A stretch of DNA of 64,000 bases from Candidatus Dojkabacteria bacterium. GTDB taxonomy: Bacteria > Patescibacteriota > Dojkabacteria > SC72. The translations under genes and the position numbers were made by a program. Each line of letters begins with the position of its first letter. Positions within the stretch are counted from its first letter, which is position 1. Below the pieces are notes generated by a model. The model made no database searches, was not told where the DNA came from, and worked only from the letters and a program-made list of their open reading frames with translations. Shown one piece after another: positions 8,673 through 18,566 of this stretch. The stretch is taken from positions 529,073 through 593,072 of the forward strand of contig JBMNHC010000001.1 in the NCBI GenBank assembly GCA_050950165.1. The letters are read 5' to 3'.

Positions 8673-11600
8673 ATGGATACACTCGGAGGTCGATTTTTAA
8701 ATGAGAATCTAGGCGATTTATCAAGCTCTAAACATGTTCAATATGATGCTGAACAGAAAGGAATTACAGGGTCTCCTTCTGAAGAACAGATAGCATCATG
8801 GGTTGATACAGCAGTAGGGATTCATACCAAACACCGAGGCAATCCTCAGGTCATGGATAGGATTAAGGGATACTATCATAGGGAGTATGTAATCAAGGCT
8901 GAGGATTTTCCAGAGAGTTATTTTACTAATCAGCAGCAACAGGCACGTGAACTAGGTTATGGTGATATTGCGATACCAGATAGGGTTAGAGAGATGGGAA
9001 TAGATGCAATACAAAAGGATCAGAAGCAATCATTAGATTTATGGATAGACTATCTGAATTCTTCCGATTCAGATTATCTTCCTAGTTGGGTCAAGTATTG
9101 GGCATTTCATGGAGTGCTTAAGTTAGGAAGGTATAACAAGGAGACTGGAGATTTTGAGCCTCGTTTTAAAGATACCGTTTCCCCTTTTGTTGAGATAAAT
9201 AGTGAGGCATTAGCGTATGCATTAGATACTCTTCAGAAGAAGTATGGTAAAGAGTATTTTGATTTAACCGACCAGATATTTGCTAAGACAACGGCCCTTA
9301 ATAGAGCCGAGCGTTTATCAAGCCAGAAGGAGTTATTAGAATCAATAGATTCTCAGGGAGTTAATCAATCGGGTAAAGTAATCACAGTACTAGATGAGAA
9401 GTCAGGTAGACCTCGTCATTTAAAGAAAAAAGATATTGATCGAATACGGAAGGAGGTAGGTCAGTTTGAGGATTTTGATATTGAGGCTATGAAGAAAGAG
9501 ATAGAGTCTTTAACTACTCAAAGGGCTAATGTCTTAGAGTCACGTGGTGTTCCTCAAAAGTTTTCAGATATCGATAGTCGAGAAGAAGATTTTGGTAAGC
9601 TTTATGCTTATGCTATTAATGAGGTAACTCCAGTTAGTCAGAGTGAGCGAGAAATCACTTCAGGTCAATGGGTTAAGTATGCTCAAGGTTCAGATTACAA
9701 ACCTCTTTATGATTCTTTACAGGGTCATGGTACTGGTTGGTGCACAGCAGGAGGAGAGGAAACAGCAAGGATGCAATTAGAGGGAGGAGATTTTTATGTT
9801 TATTATTCCAATGATTTACACGGTCATCCTGTTAATCCTAGGATAGCAATCAGGATGAATGGTGATTATGAGATAGCAGAGATTAGGGGAGTAGAGCAGA
9901 ATCAGCAGATGGATAGTGAGATATTAGAGTCAGGAGTTTTGGAATCTAAGCTTAAAGATTTTGGAGATGAGGGAGATAAGTACAAACAGAGAGTTTATGA
10001 TATGAAGCGAGTAACTGAAATAGAGAAGAAGACTAATCAGGGCATAGATTTAACTAAAGATGAGCTTGAATTTATATATGAGGTGGATAGAGCTATAGAG
10101 GGATTTGGATATGAAAAAGATCCTAGGATAGAGGAGATACAGTCCACGAGAGATATAAAGAAAGATTTTGCTTGTTTAGTTGATCTGTCAGGTTCAGACT
10201 ATAGCTCTAGTTTATTAGTCAATACATTACTTGATAATGATTATGATAGAGCAGTTGTTCAGTATTTAGGTAATTTTTCAGATTTAGATAGTAGTGTTGC
10301 AAATAGGTTAATGGATTGTGGAGAAGCTTGGGCAGTTGCTAAGAATTTGAATAGCTTTTTAGGTTCAGCCCACAATGATATTGTTGATAGGTTAATAGAG
10401 AGAGGTCATGGTGGGTCAGTTGCAGGGAATTTAGCTAACTTTTCAGGCTTGGACCACAATGATATAATTTATAGATTAATAGATAGTGGTTGGCATAATG
10501 CAGTTATAAAACATTTGGATAGCTTTTCAGATTTAGATAGTGGTGTTGCAAATAAGTTAATAGATAGTGGTCATGGAGAGCAAATTGTTAAAAATTTAAA
10601 TAACTTTTCAAGTTCAGCCCATAGCGATATAGCTCGTATCTTAATAGATAGTAGTCATGGTAGGGTAGTTCTTGAGAATTTGAATGGTTTCTCAAGTTCA
10701 GCGCATAATGATATCGCTGATAAATTAATAGATAGTGGTAAGGGTGAAGCAGTTGCAGAAAATTTACCTAACTTTTCAAGTTCGGCCCATAGCGATATAG
10801 CTCATATGTTAATAGATAGTGGTTATGGTAGGTCAGTTGCAGAGAATTTGTCTAATTTCTCAGGCTTGGACTATAATGATATAGCTTATAGATTAATAGA
10901 TAGTGGTTATGGTAGGTCAGTTGCAGAGAATTTGTCTAATTTTTCAGGTTTGGACCACAATGATATAGCTAATAGGATGATAAAGAGAGGTGATGGTTGG
11001 GAAGTTGCTGAGAATATAAATAACTTTTCAAGCTCAGCCCATGGCGATATAGCTCGTATGTTAATAGATAGCGGTCGTGGTGAGCGAGTTGTTAAAAATT
11101 TACCTAACTTTTCAAGCTCAGCCCATGGCGATATAGCTCGTATGTTAATAGATAATGGTGAGGGTAAAACAGTTGCTCGTTATTTGCTTGATTTTTTAGG
11201 TTTAGACCACAATGATATAGCACATAGATTAATAGATAGTGGTGAGGGTGAAGCAGTTGCTCGTTATTTAAAGAATTTTTCCGGCTTAGACCATAATGAT
11301 ATAGCTCGTGTATTAATAGATAGTGGTTATGATAGGTCAGTTGCTAAGTATTTGTCTAATTTTTCAGGTTTAGATAGTAGTGTTGCAAATAAGTTAATAG
11401 ATAGTGGTGAAGGTTGGTCAGTTGCTAATTATTTAGAGAATTTTTCCGGCTTAGACCATGTAGATATTGCCCACAAGATTATACGTAGTGGCAAAGGTCA
11501 TGCAGTTGTTCGTTATTTGCCTAATTTCTCAGATTTAGACCACAATGATATAGCACATAGATTAATAGATAGTGGTGAGGGTCAAGCAGTTGCTAATTAT

Positions 11601-13310
11601 TTAGAGGATTTTTCCGGCTTAGACCATAATGATATAGCTCGTGTATTAATAGATAGTGGTTATGATAGGTCAGTTGCTAAGTATTTGTCTAATTTTTCAG
11701 GTTTAGATAGTAGTGTTGCAAATAAGTTAATAGATAGTAGTTATGGTAGGTCAGTTGCAAAGAATTTGCCTAATTTCTCAGATTTAGACCACAATGATAT
11801 AGCACATAGATTAATAGATAGTGGTGAGGGTAAAGCAGTTGTTAATTATTTAGAGAATTTTTCCGGCTTAGATAGTAGTGTTGCAAATAAGTTAATAGAT
11901 AGTGGTGAAGGTTGGTCAGTTGCTGGATATTTGTATAAATTTTCAGGTTTAGACCATAATGATATAGCTTATAGATTAATAGATAGTGGTGAGGGTCAAG
12001 CAGTTGCTGAGAATTTATATAATTTTTCCGGCTTAGACCATAATGATATCGCTTATAGATTAATAGATAGTGGTAAGGGTAAAGCAGTTGCTAATGATTT
12101 AAAGAATTTTTCCGGCTTAGACCATAATGATATAGCTCGTATGTTAATAGATAATGGTGAGGGTAAAACAGTTGCTCGTTATTTGCTTGATTTTTTAGGT
12201 TTAGACCACAATGATATAGCACATAGATTAATAGATAGTGGTGAGGGTGAAGCAGTTGCTCGTTATTTAAAGAATTTTTCCGGCTTAGACCATAATGATA
12301 TAGCTCGTGTATTAATAGATAGTGGTTATGATAGGTCAGTTGCTAAGTATTTGTCTAATTTTTCAGGTTTAGATAGTAGTGTTGCAAATAAGTTAATAGA
12401 TAGTGGTGAAGGTTGGTCAGTTGCTAATTATTTAGAGAATTTTTCCGGCTTAGACCATGTAGATATTGCCCACAAGATTATACGTAGTGGCAAAGGTCAT
12501 GCAGTTGTTCGTTATTTGCCTAATTTCTCAGATTTAGACCACAATGATATAGCACATAGATTAATAGATAGTGGTGAGGGTCAAGCAGTTGCTAATTATT
12601 TAGAGGATTTTTCCGGCTTAGACCATAATGATATAGCTTATAGATTAATAGATAGTGGTAAGGGTGAAGCAGTTGCTCAATATTTAAAGAATTTTTCCGG
12701 CTTAGACCACAATGATATAGCTCATAGGATAATAGATAGTGGTGAGGGTCAAGCAGTTGCTAATTATTTAGAGAATTTTTCCGGTTTAGATAGTAGTGTT
12801 GCAAATAAGTTAATAGATAGTAGTTATGGTAGGTCAGTTGCAAAGAATTTGCCTAATTTTTCCGGCTTAGATAAGAGTGTTGCAAATAAGTTAATAGATA
12901 GTGGTGAAGATAAAACAGTTGCTCGTTATTTGCGTAAATTTTCCGGTTTAGATAGTAGTGTTGCAAATAAGTTAATAGATATGGGTTATGGTTGGTCAGT
13001 TGTTGTGTATTTGTCTAATTTCTCCGGCTTAGACCATGTAGATATTGCCCACAAGATTATACGTAGTGGCAAAGGTGAAGCAGTTGCTCATTATTTAAAG
13101 AATTTTTCCGGCTTAGACCACAATGATATAGCTTATAGATTAATAGATAGTGGTGAGGGTAAAGCAGTTGTTTTTTATTTGGAGAACTTTTCCGGCTTAG
13201 ATAGCAGTGTTGCCAATATATTAATAGGTAAAGGTTATCGTGAGAGGGTTGCTAAAAACCTTTCTAGTTTTACAAACTTAGACAGTAGTGTTCTAGAGAA
13301 ATTAAAGTAA
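8673..13310 (+). CDS. giant tandem-repeat protein: about 500-aa N-terminal domain of unknown function followed by about 36 tandem 27/28-aa repeats (consensus NFSGLDHNDIAHRLIDSGEGEAVARYLK, alternating with a 27-aa DSSVANKLID variant)
   Basis: single uninterrupted 1545-aa ORF; no signal peptide or TM helix; repeats are in-frame 84/81-nt units with a few hypervariable positions. Confidence 0.85.
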   Translation: MDTLGGRFLNENLGDLSSSKHVQYDAEQKGITGSPSEEQIASWVDTAVGIHTKHRGNPQVMDRIKGYYHREYVIKAEDFPESYFTNQQQQARELGYGDIAIPDRVREMGIDAIQKDQKQSLDLWIDYLNSSDSDYLPSWVKYWAFHGVLKLGRYNKETGDFEPRFKDTVSPFVEINSEALAYALDTLQKKYGKEYFDLTDQIFAKTTALNRAERLSSQKELLESIDSQGVNQSGKVITVLDEKSGRPRHLKKKDIDRIRKEVGQFEDFDIEAMKKEIESLTTQRANVLESRGVPQKFSDIDSREEDFGKLYAYAINEVTPVSQSEREITSGQWVKYAQGSDYKPLYDSLQGHGTGWCTAGGEETARMQLEGGDFYVYYSNDLHGHPVNPRIAIRMNGDYEIAEIRGVEQNQQMDSEILESGVLESKLKDFGDEGDKYKQRVYDMKRVTEIEKKTNQGIDLTKDELEFIYEVDRAIEGFGYEKDPRIEEIQSTRDIKKDFACLVDLSGSDYSSSLLVNTLLDNDYDRAVVQYLGNFSDLDSSVANRLMDCGEAWAVAKNLNSFLGSAHNDIVDRLIERGHGGSVAGNLANFSGLDHNDIIYRLIDSGWHNAVIKHLDSFSDLDSGVANKLIDSGHGEQIVKNLNNFSSSAHSDIARILIDSSHGRVVLENLNGFSSSAHNDIADKLIDSGKGEAVAENLPNFSSSAHSDIAHMLIDSGYGRSVAENLSNFSGLDYNDIAYRLIDSGYGRSVAENLSNFSGLDHNDIANRMIKRGDGWEVAENINNFSSSAHGDIARMLIDSGRGERVVKNLPNFSSSAHGDIARMLIDNGEGKTVARYLLDFLGLDHNDIAHRLIDSGEGEAVARYLKNFSGLDHNDIARVLIDSGYDRSVAKYLSNFSGLDSSVANKLIDSGEGWSVANYLENFSGLDHVDIAHKIIRSGKGHAVVRYLPNFSDLDHNDIAHRLIDSGEGQAVANYLEDFSGLDHNDIARVLIDSGYDRSVAKYLSNFSGLDSSVANKLIDSSYGRSVAKNLPNFSDLDHNDIAHRLIDSGEGKAVVNYLENFSGLDSSVANKLIDSGEGWSVAGYLYKFSGLDHNDIAYRLIDSGEGQAVAENLYNFSGLDHNDIAYRLIDSGKGKAVANDLKNFSGLDHNDIARMLIDNGEGKTVARYLLDFLGLDHNDIAHRLIDSGEGEAVARYLKNFSGLDHNDIARVLIDSGYDRSVAKYLSNFSGLDSSVANKLIDSGEGWSVANYLENFSGLDHVDIAHKIIRSGKGHAVVRYLPNFSDLDHNDIAHRLIDSGEGQAVANYLEDFSGLDHNDIAYRLIDSGKGEAVAQYLKNFSGLDHNDIAHRIIDSGEGQAVANYLENFSGLDSSVANKLIDSSYGRSVAKNLPNFSGLDKSVANKLIDSGEDKTVARYLRKFSGLDSSVANKLIDMGYGWSVVVYLSNFSGLDHVDIAHKIIRSGKGEAVAHYLKNFSGLDHNDIAYRLIDSGEGKAVVFYLENFSGLDSSVANILIGKGYRERVAKNLSSFTNLDSSVLEKLK
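11131..11639 (+). repeat. copy 1 of a 509-bp perfect direct repeat (second copy at 12130..12638), spanning about 6 repeat units
   Basis: the nucleotide strings are identical over 509 bp at an offset of 999 bp; the encoded 170-aa segments are identical. Confidence 0.85.
12130..12638 (+). repeat. copy 2 of the 509-bp perfect direct repeat
   Basis: identical to 11131..11639. Confidence 0.85.
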
Positions 13311-13351
13311 TTCCAACTTGATGCCGTAGTCTATTAAATAAAACAATGTTT

Positions 13352-16126
13352 TTACAAGACTGCCATTGTAGCTACTCTATCATCTTCTGCAATATTCATT
13401 ACTTTTACTCCACTTGTTTGTCTACCAAGAGTTGGTATTGCATCTATTGAAGATCTAATAATCTTTGATTTCTCGGATATTACCACTATCTCAGTTTCAG
13501 GATCATTTAAGATTCTAGCTACTGATACCTTACCTGTTTTAGCTGTTACTCTAAATGTAAAGATACCACTACCCCCTCTCTTCTGTTTAGTATATTCCTT
13601 TAGCAAAGACATCTTTCCAAAACCATTCTCAGAGAGAGTAAAGAGCCTATCTTCATTGTTCTTTATAATTCCCATACCAACAATATGATCACTTTCAGAC
13701 TTAAATTTCATTGCAGTTACACCTCTTGTGTTTCTACCCATAGGTCTAACATCTTTTTCACTAAACCTAATTGATTTACCCTCAGCTGTAATGAGTATGA
13801 CTTCATCATCTCCAGTAGTTGGCTTTACCCATATTAATTCATCATTAGGTTCTAATTTGATAGCAGTAAGTCCATTTGATCTAATCTTTGCAAATTGAGA
13901 AAGATCTGTCTTTTTAATAATACCCTCCTTTGTTGCCATTAAGAGATATTTAAACTCTTTCTTCTCTTGCTCTTCCTCTGACATCTTGATTCCACCCTTT
14001 GCATTTCTAGTTAGTATAGATGTAATTATCTCATTTTGATCTAGTTGTACTAAGTTGATAAAAGGAATACCCTTTGCAACTCTTCCATACTCTGGAATTT
14101 CAAATATACGAGTATTAAATACCCTACCCTTGTTAGTAAAGAGTAAGAGCTCGTCATGCGTATTACAAAGAAGTACATGTTCGATAAAGTCACCCTCCTT
14201 AGTTTCTCCTGCAGATACCCCCTTACCTCCCCTCTTTTGTGTCTGGTACGTTGAGGGTGGTACTCTCTTTACATATCCTGAGTGAGTAATTGTTATTAAG
14301 GTTTCTTCATTTGCAATTAAATCTTCTTCTGAAAGTTCATCTACCTTACCTTTTACGACCTTAGTTCTTCTCTTATCTGCATATTTCTCTTTTATCTGTG
14401 CAAGATCACCACCAATTATCTCTAATATTCTATCCTGACTATCAAGTATTTCATTGTACTCCCCTATCTTCTCTTTAGTCTCTTTGTAATCATTTTGTAT
14501 CTTCATTCTCTCAAGAGCTGCTAATCTTCTAAGTTGCATATCTAGAATAGCTTGTGCTTGTACCTCACTAAACTTAAATTTATCCATTAAGTTTGTCTTA
14601 GCACTCTCTTGTGTTTTAGATCCTCTAATAGTGGCAATTACCTCATCTAGTACATCTAAAGCCTTTAGTAGACCTTCTAGAATATGTGCATGATATCTTG
14701 CTTCTGCTAAATCATATTCGTATCTTCTAATGGTTACCGTTATTCTAAATGAGAGGAAAAGCTCTAACATACTCTTTAGAGAGAGAGTCATTGGTTCTTG
14801 ATTAGTTAATGCAATCATGTTTGCATTAAATGTCTTTTGCATCTCTGTGTATTTGTACAGTTTGTTTAAAACTGTTTTAGGTTGTGCATCTTTCTTAAGT
14901 ATTATTACAACCCTAATACCATCTTTGTTTGACTCATCCCTTATATCTGCAATGCCTGTTATTTTCTTATCTCTAACTAAATCTGCAATTTTTTCTATCA
15001 TATATGCCTTGTTTACTTGGTATGGAATCTCTGTAACAACAATATGGAATCTTCCACCCTTTGCCTCCACTATCGATGCTTGTGCTCTCTGTAATATTCT
15101 TCCTCTTCCTGTTGCGTATGCATTAAGTATTTCATCTCTGTCATATATTGTTCCACCTGTTGGGAAGTCTGGTCCTGGTACAATGGTAATTAACTCTTCA
15201 GGAGAGATATCTGATTTAAATTCAGGATATATTACTTCTTCGTTTTCAGAAAGACGTTTCTCAATCTCTTTGACTGCATCACTGTAGTTAAGTTCATTGT
15301 TATCTATGTAGTTTTCAAGATAGCTTTCTGGTTTAGGATTTAGTACCTGTGGTATTACCTCTTTGTTCTCTCTAGCTTTTCTTAGTTCATTGTATATTGC
15401 ACTGCCTACCCATTTATTCTTTCTTGCAATCATCTCTTGTAGAGCATCTACTAACTCTCCTAGATTGTGAGGAGGAATCTGTGTTGCCATCGCAACAGCA
15501 ATACCTTGACTCCCATTAGCTAAAAGATTAGGGAAAAGTGCTGGTAATACAGTAGGCTCTAGCCTTGTTCCGTCATAGTTGGGAACAAATGTAACAGTTC
15601 CTTTGTTTAAATCTTTTAGAAGCTCAGGAGTAATCTTGCCCATTCTAGCCTCTGTGTATCTCATTGCTGCAGCTCCATCTCCGTCAATACTACCGAAGTT
15701 TCCCTGTCCATCTACAAGTGGGTATCTAGTAGAGAAGTCCTGTGCTAATTTTACTAAGGTAGGATATACCACACTTTCTCCGTGAGGGTGATAGTTTCCA
15801 GATGTATCACCAGCTATCTTTGCACACTTTCTGTATCTTGATGAAGGTGTTAGAGTAAGGTCATTCATTGCAACTAGTATTCTTCTTTGTGAAGGTTTGA
15901 GACCATCTTTTACCTCTGGTAGTGCACGAGATACAATAACGGACATGGAGTAGTCAATGTAGTTAGACTTCATCTCATCTACTATTGATCTTTGAACAAC
16001 CTCTCCAGGCTTAAAAGAGAGATTAAAATCTAGTTCACTATCTACATTAGCAGATGTATCTACTGAAGAATCTTCATTTACTACTTCTACCTCTTCTCTT
16101 TTTTCTATCTCTTTCTTATCTGGCAT
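13352..16126 (-). CDS. gyrA: DNA gyrase subunit A
   Basis: 924 aa; motifs YSMSVIVSRALPEVKDGLKPSQRRIL, PHNLGE, GPDFPTGG and the GyrA box QKRGGKG in the C-terminal beta-pinwheel; about 90-aa insertion between PHNLGE and GPDFPTGG. Confidence 0.95.
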   Translation of the reverse strand: MPDKKEIEKREEVEVVNEDSSVDTSANVDSELDFNLSFKPGEVVQRSIVDEMKSNYIDYSMSVIVSRALPEVKDGLKPSQRRILVAMNDLTLTPSSRYRKCAKIAGDTSGNYHPHGESVVYPTLVKLAQDFSTRYPLVDGQGNFGSIDGDGAAAMRYTEARMGKITPELLKDLNKGTVTFVPNYDGTRLEPTVLPALFPNLLANGSQGIAVAMATQIPPHNLGELVDALQEMIARKNKWVGSAIYNELRKARENKEVIPQVLNPKPESYLENYIDNNELNYSDAVKEIEKRLSENEEVIYPEFKSDISPEELITIVPGPDFPTGGTIYDRDEILNAYATGRGRILQRAQASIVEAKGGRFHIVVTEIPYQVNKAYMIEKIADLVRDKKITGIADIRDESNKDGIRVVIILKKDAQPKTVLNKLYKYTEMQKTFNANMIALTNQEPMTLSLKSMLELFLSFRITVTIRRYEYDLAEARYHAHILEGLLKALDVLDEVIATIRGSKTQESAKTNLMDKFKFSEVQAQAILDMQLRRLAALERMKIQNDYKETKEKIGEYNEILDSQDRILEIIGGDLAQIKEKYADKRRTKVVKGKVDELSEEDLIANEETLITITHSGYVKRVPPSTYQTQKRGGKGVSAGETKEGDFIEHVLLCNTHDELLLFTNKGRVFNTRIFEIPEYGRVAKGIPFINLVQLDQNEIITSILTRNAKGGIKMSEEEQEKKEFKYLLMATKEGIIKKTDLSQFAKIRSNGLTAIKLEPNDELIWVKPTTGDDEVILITAEGKSIRFSEKDVRPMGRNTRGVTAMKFKSESDHIVGMGIIKNNEDRLFTLSENGFGKMSLLKEYTKQKRGGSGIFTFRVTAKTGKVSVARILNDPETEIVVISEKSKIIRSSIDAIPTLGRQTSGVKVMNIAEDDRVATMAVL

Positions 16127-16143
16127 ATATATTTTTTACTATT

Positions 16144-16536
16144 TTATACTGCATTACTTAATTCTCTTTTGACATTAACCTTTATTGAATCTATGTCTGT
16201 TGCTAAGTTTTTTAGATTCTCATATGTATCTTTTGATACTAGCTCTGTTGTAAGATCGTCTTTATTTGTTCCCACCCCTATTACCGAAACAATCTCCCTA
16301 TTAGGGTCATATATATGAATATCTAAATAGTTAGTTTGATCAGCCACAGCAAGTTTAGTTTCTTCCTCTTTTTTAAAATAGTCGGCTATTAACTTGTATA
16401 GCTCTTTGTTTTCTTGCTCTTGCTTTAAAATATTTAAAATCTGAGGCGTGTATATAGTTAGTCTTTCAAATGCTTTTTTGTTGAATAATTTATTGTAAGC
16501 TTCTACATCTACTGTTGGTTTTACTTTCTCAATCAT
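16144..16536 (-). CDS. hypothetical protein between gyrB and gyrA
   Basis: 130-aa ORF co-oriented and tightly packed in the gyrB-gyrA operon; no recognisable motif. Confidence 0.45.
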   Translation of the reverse strand: MIEKVKPTVDVEAYNKLFNKKAFERLTIYTPQILNILKQEQENKELYKLIADYFKKEEETKLAVADQTNYLDIHIYDPNREIVSVIGVGTNKDDLTTELVSKDTYENLKNLATDIDSIKVNVKRELSNAV

Positions 16537-16553
16537 ATATTTAAGATAAAAAG

Positions 16554-18473
16554 TTAAATATCTAAATTAGCTACCCTAGCATATTTTTGAATAAATCTTC
16601 TCCTAGGTGGTACTTCAGTACCCATTAACATTTCAAAAACTTTCTCTGCTTCTTCTGCATCCTCAATACCTACTCGTTTTAAAACTCTAGTTTCGGGACT
16701 CATTGTAGTTTCCCAAAGTTGTTCTGGATTCATCTCTCCTAAACCTTTAAACCTATTAGATACAGGTACTTTATTTGCTGCTTTTGCCTTTTTAACAAAT
16801 GCATCTTTCTCTGCATCGTTTAAGAAGTAGTATTTCTTTTTCCCTATCTCTACTTTGTGAAGAGGAGGTTGAGCAACGTATACATATCCTTCTTCTATTA
16901 AGGGCTTAAAAAATCTGTAAAGAAGAGTCAACACAAGAGTTGTAATGTGTAGTCCATCAACATCTGCATCACTCATTATGATTATTTTATGATACCTTAA
17001 CTTTGAAATATCTAAAGAATCTCCAATACCTACACCCAGTGCAGTAGTAATATCTTTGAACTCATTATTGTCTAATACTCTATCAACTCTATACTTGTGT
17101 GTATTTATAATCTTTCCTCTAAGAGGTAGTACTGCTTGTGTATGCCTATCTCTTCCCTGTTTGGCACTTCCACCTGCGGAATCTCCCTCAACTATATAGA
17201 GTTCACTATCTTTAGGGTCATTACTAATACAATCTGCTAGTTTACCAGGTAATGTAGTACTTTCTAATGCACTCTTTCTGATTACAGCATCTCTTGCTGC
17301 TTTAGCTGCAGCTTTCGCTTTATATGCCAGTACTGCCTTATCTATTATCGCTTTTGCTTCCTTAGGATGTTCTTCAAAGTAGATTAGAAGTTCATCTCTA
17401 ATTACCTTTGCTACAATATTTTTAACCTCAGGATTATTCAATTTAATCTTTGTTTGTCCCTCAAACTGAGGATTAGCTACTTTAACAGAAACAACTGCAG
17501 TCAATCCCTCTCTCACATCATCTCCACTTAAACTTGTTGCTAAACCTTTGAGTAATTCCATCTTCTGTGCATATGTATTAATTGCACTAGTAAGAGCAGT
17601 TCTGAAACCAGAAAGATGTGTACCACCTTCAGGATTAATGATATTGTTTGTATAGCATTTAACATTCTCATCCATTGCATTGGTATATTGAATTGCACTC
17701 TCAACCAGTACTCCATCTTGTTCCTTTTTAGTGTAGAAGGGATCCTCATTGATGATTTTTTCATCTATATTCATAAAGAGAACATAGGATTTAATTCCAT
17801 CTTCAAAGTAAAGATCGAAAAGTTTAGGATTACTACCCTTCTCTACCCTTTCGTCTTTAATGGAGATTCTTAATCCTGCTGTAAGATATGCATGTTGTCT
17901 ACACTTCTTTACTATCTCTTTAAAATCAAAATCTACTTCTGTAAATATTGTATTGTCTGGAAGAAATCTATGCTCCGTACTAGTTAATTTAGAATCACCA
18001 ATTTTTTTAACAGGAGCTTGTGGTATACCTCTTTTGTACTCTTGCTGATATATCCCACCATCTCTTTGTACTGTTGTAACCATCCACTCCGAAAGAGCAT
18101 TCGTACACTTCATACCTACACCGTGTAGACCACCTGAAACTTTGTATGCACCCTCCTCAAACTTACCTCCTGCATGTAAGTTAGTCATTACTGTCTCTAA
18201 AGTAGAGACCTTTGTTTGGGAGTGTATCTCAACAGGTATACCTCTACCATTGTCTTTAACAGATATTGAACCATCACTATGAAGTACAACCCATATCCTT
18301 GTACAGTATCCTGCAATTGCCTCATCAACGGAGTTATCTAGAATCTCTGTAAAAATATGGTGTAGCCCATGTCTATCTGTAGACCCTATGTACATAGCTG
18401 GTCTTTTTCTAACAGCTTCTAGCCCTTGTAGTACTTGTATATTTGATGCTTGATAGTTGCTCTTAGCTGACAT
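16554..18473 (-). CDS. gyrB: DNA gyrase subunit B
   Basis: 639 aa; GHKL ATPase motifs (HHIFTEILDNSVDEA, DNGRGIP, GLHGVG), TOPRIM (EGDSAGG) and C-terminal GyrB domain. Confidence 0.95.
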   Translation of the reverse strand: MSAKSNYQASNIQVLQGLEAVRKRPAMYIGSTDRHGLHHIFTEILDNSVDEAIAGYCTRIWVVLHSDGSISVKDNGRGIPVEIHSQTKVSTLETVMTNLHAGGKFEEGAYKVSGGLHGVGMKCTNALSEWMVTTVQRDGGIYQQEYKRGIPQAPVKKIGDSKLTSTEHRFLPDNTIFTEVDFDFKEIVKKCRQHAYLTAGLRISIKDERVEKGSNPKLFDLYFEDGIKSYVLFMNIDEKIINEDPFYTKKEQDGVLVESAIQYTNAMDENVKCYTNNIINPEGGTHLSGFRTALTSAINTYAQKMELLKGLATSLSGDDVREGLTAVVSVKVANPQFEGQTKIKLNNPEVKNIVAKVIRDELLIYFEEHPKEAKAIIDKAVLAYKAKAAAKAARDAVIRKSALESTTLPGKLADCISNDPKDSELYIVEGDSAGGSAKQGRDRHTQAVLPLRGKIINTHKYRVDRVLDNNEFKDITTALGVGIGDSLDISKLRYHKIIIMSDADVDGLHITTLVLTLLYRFFKPLIEEGYVYVAQPPLHKVEIGKKKYYFLNDAEKDAFVKKAKAANKVPVSNRFKGLGEMNPEQLWETTMSPETRVLKRVGIEDAEEAEKVFEMLMGTEVPPRRRFIQKYARVANLDI

Positions 18474-18566
18474 TATTCTCTCGATTTAAATTACTAGTTT
18501 ATATATACACCAATCAATTGCAATCCCTATTCTATATATTATAGGGGAAAATGTTAAGAGTGTATT

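Larger units (their letters stand above)
10190..13300 (+). repeat. in-frame tandem array of 81/84-bp units (about 36 copies) inside CDS 8673..13310
   Basis: direct inspection of period-84 DNA periodicity (for example GACCA[CT]AATGATATAGC recurring) and the 27/28-aa protein periodicity. Confidence 0.9.

Noticed and set aside
10190-13300. Highly regular direct repeats that could superficially suggest a CRISPR array
   Set aside because: The repeats are contiguous 81/84-bp units with no spacers and maintain a single open reading frame for more than 1000 codons. They are a protein-coding tandem repeat, not a repeat-spacer array.
14055-15785. Several 68-156-aa plus-strand ORFs (14055..14285, 14817..15287, 15579..15785)
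   Set aside because: All lie antisense within the well-supported gyrA coding region and have low-complexity composition; they are spurious.
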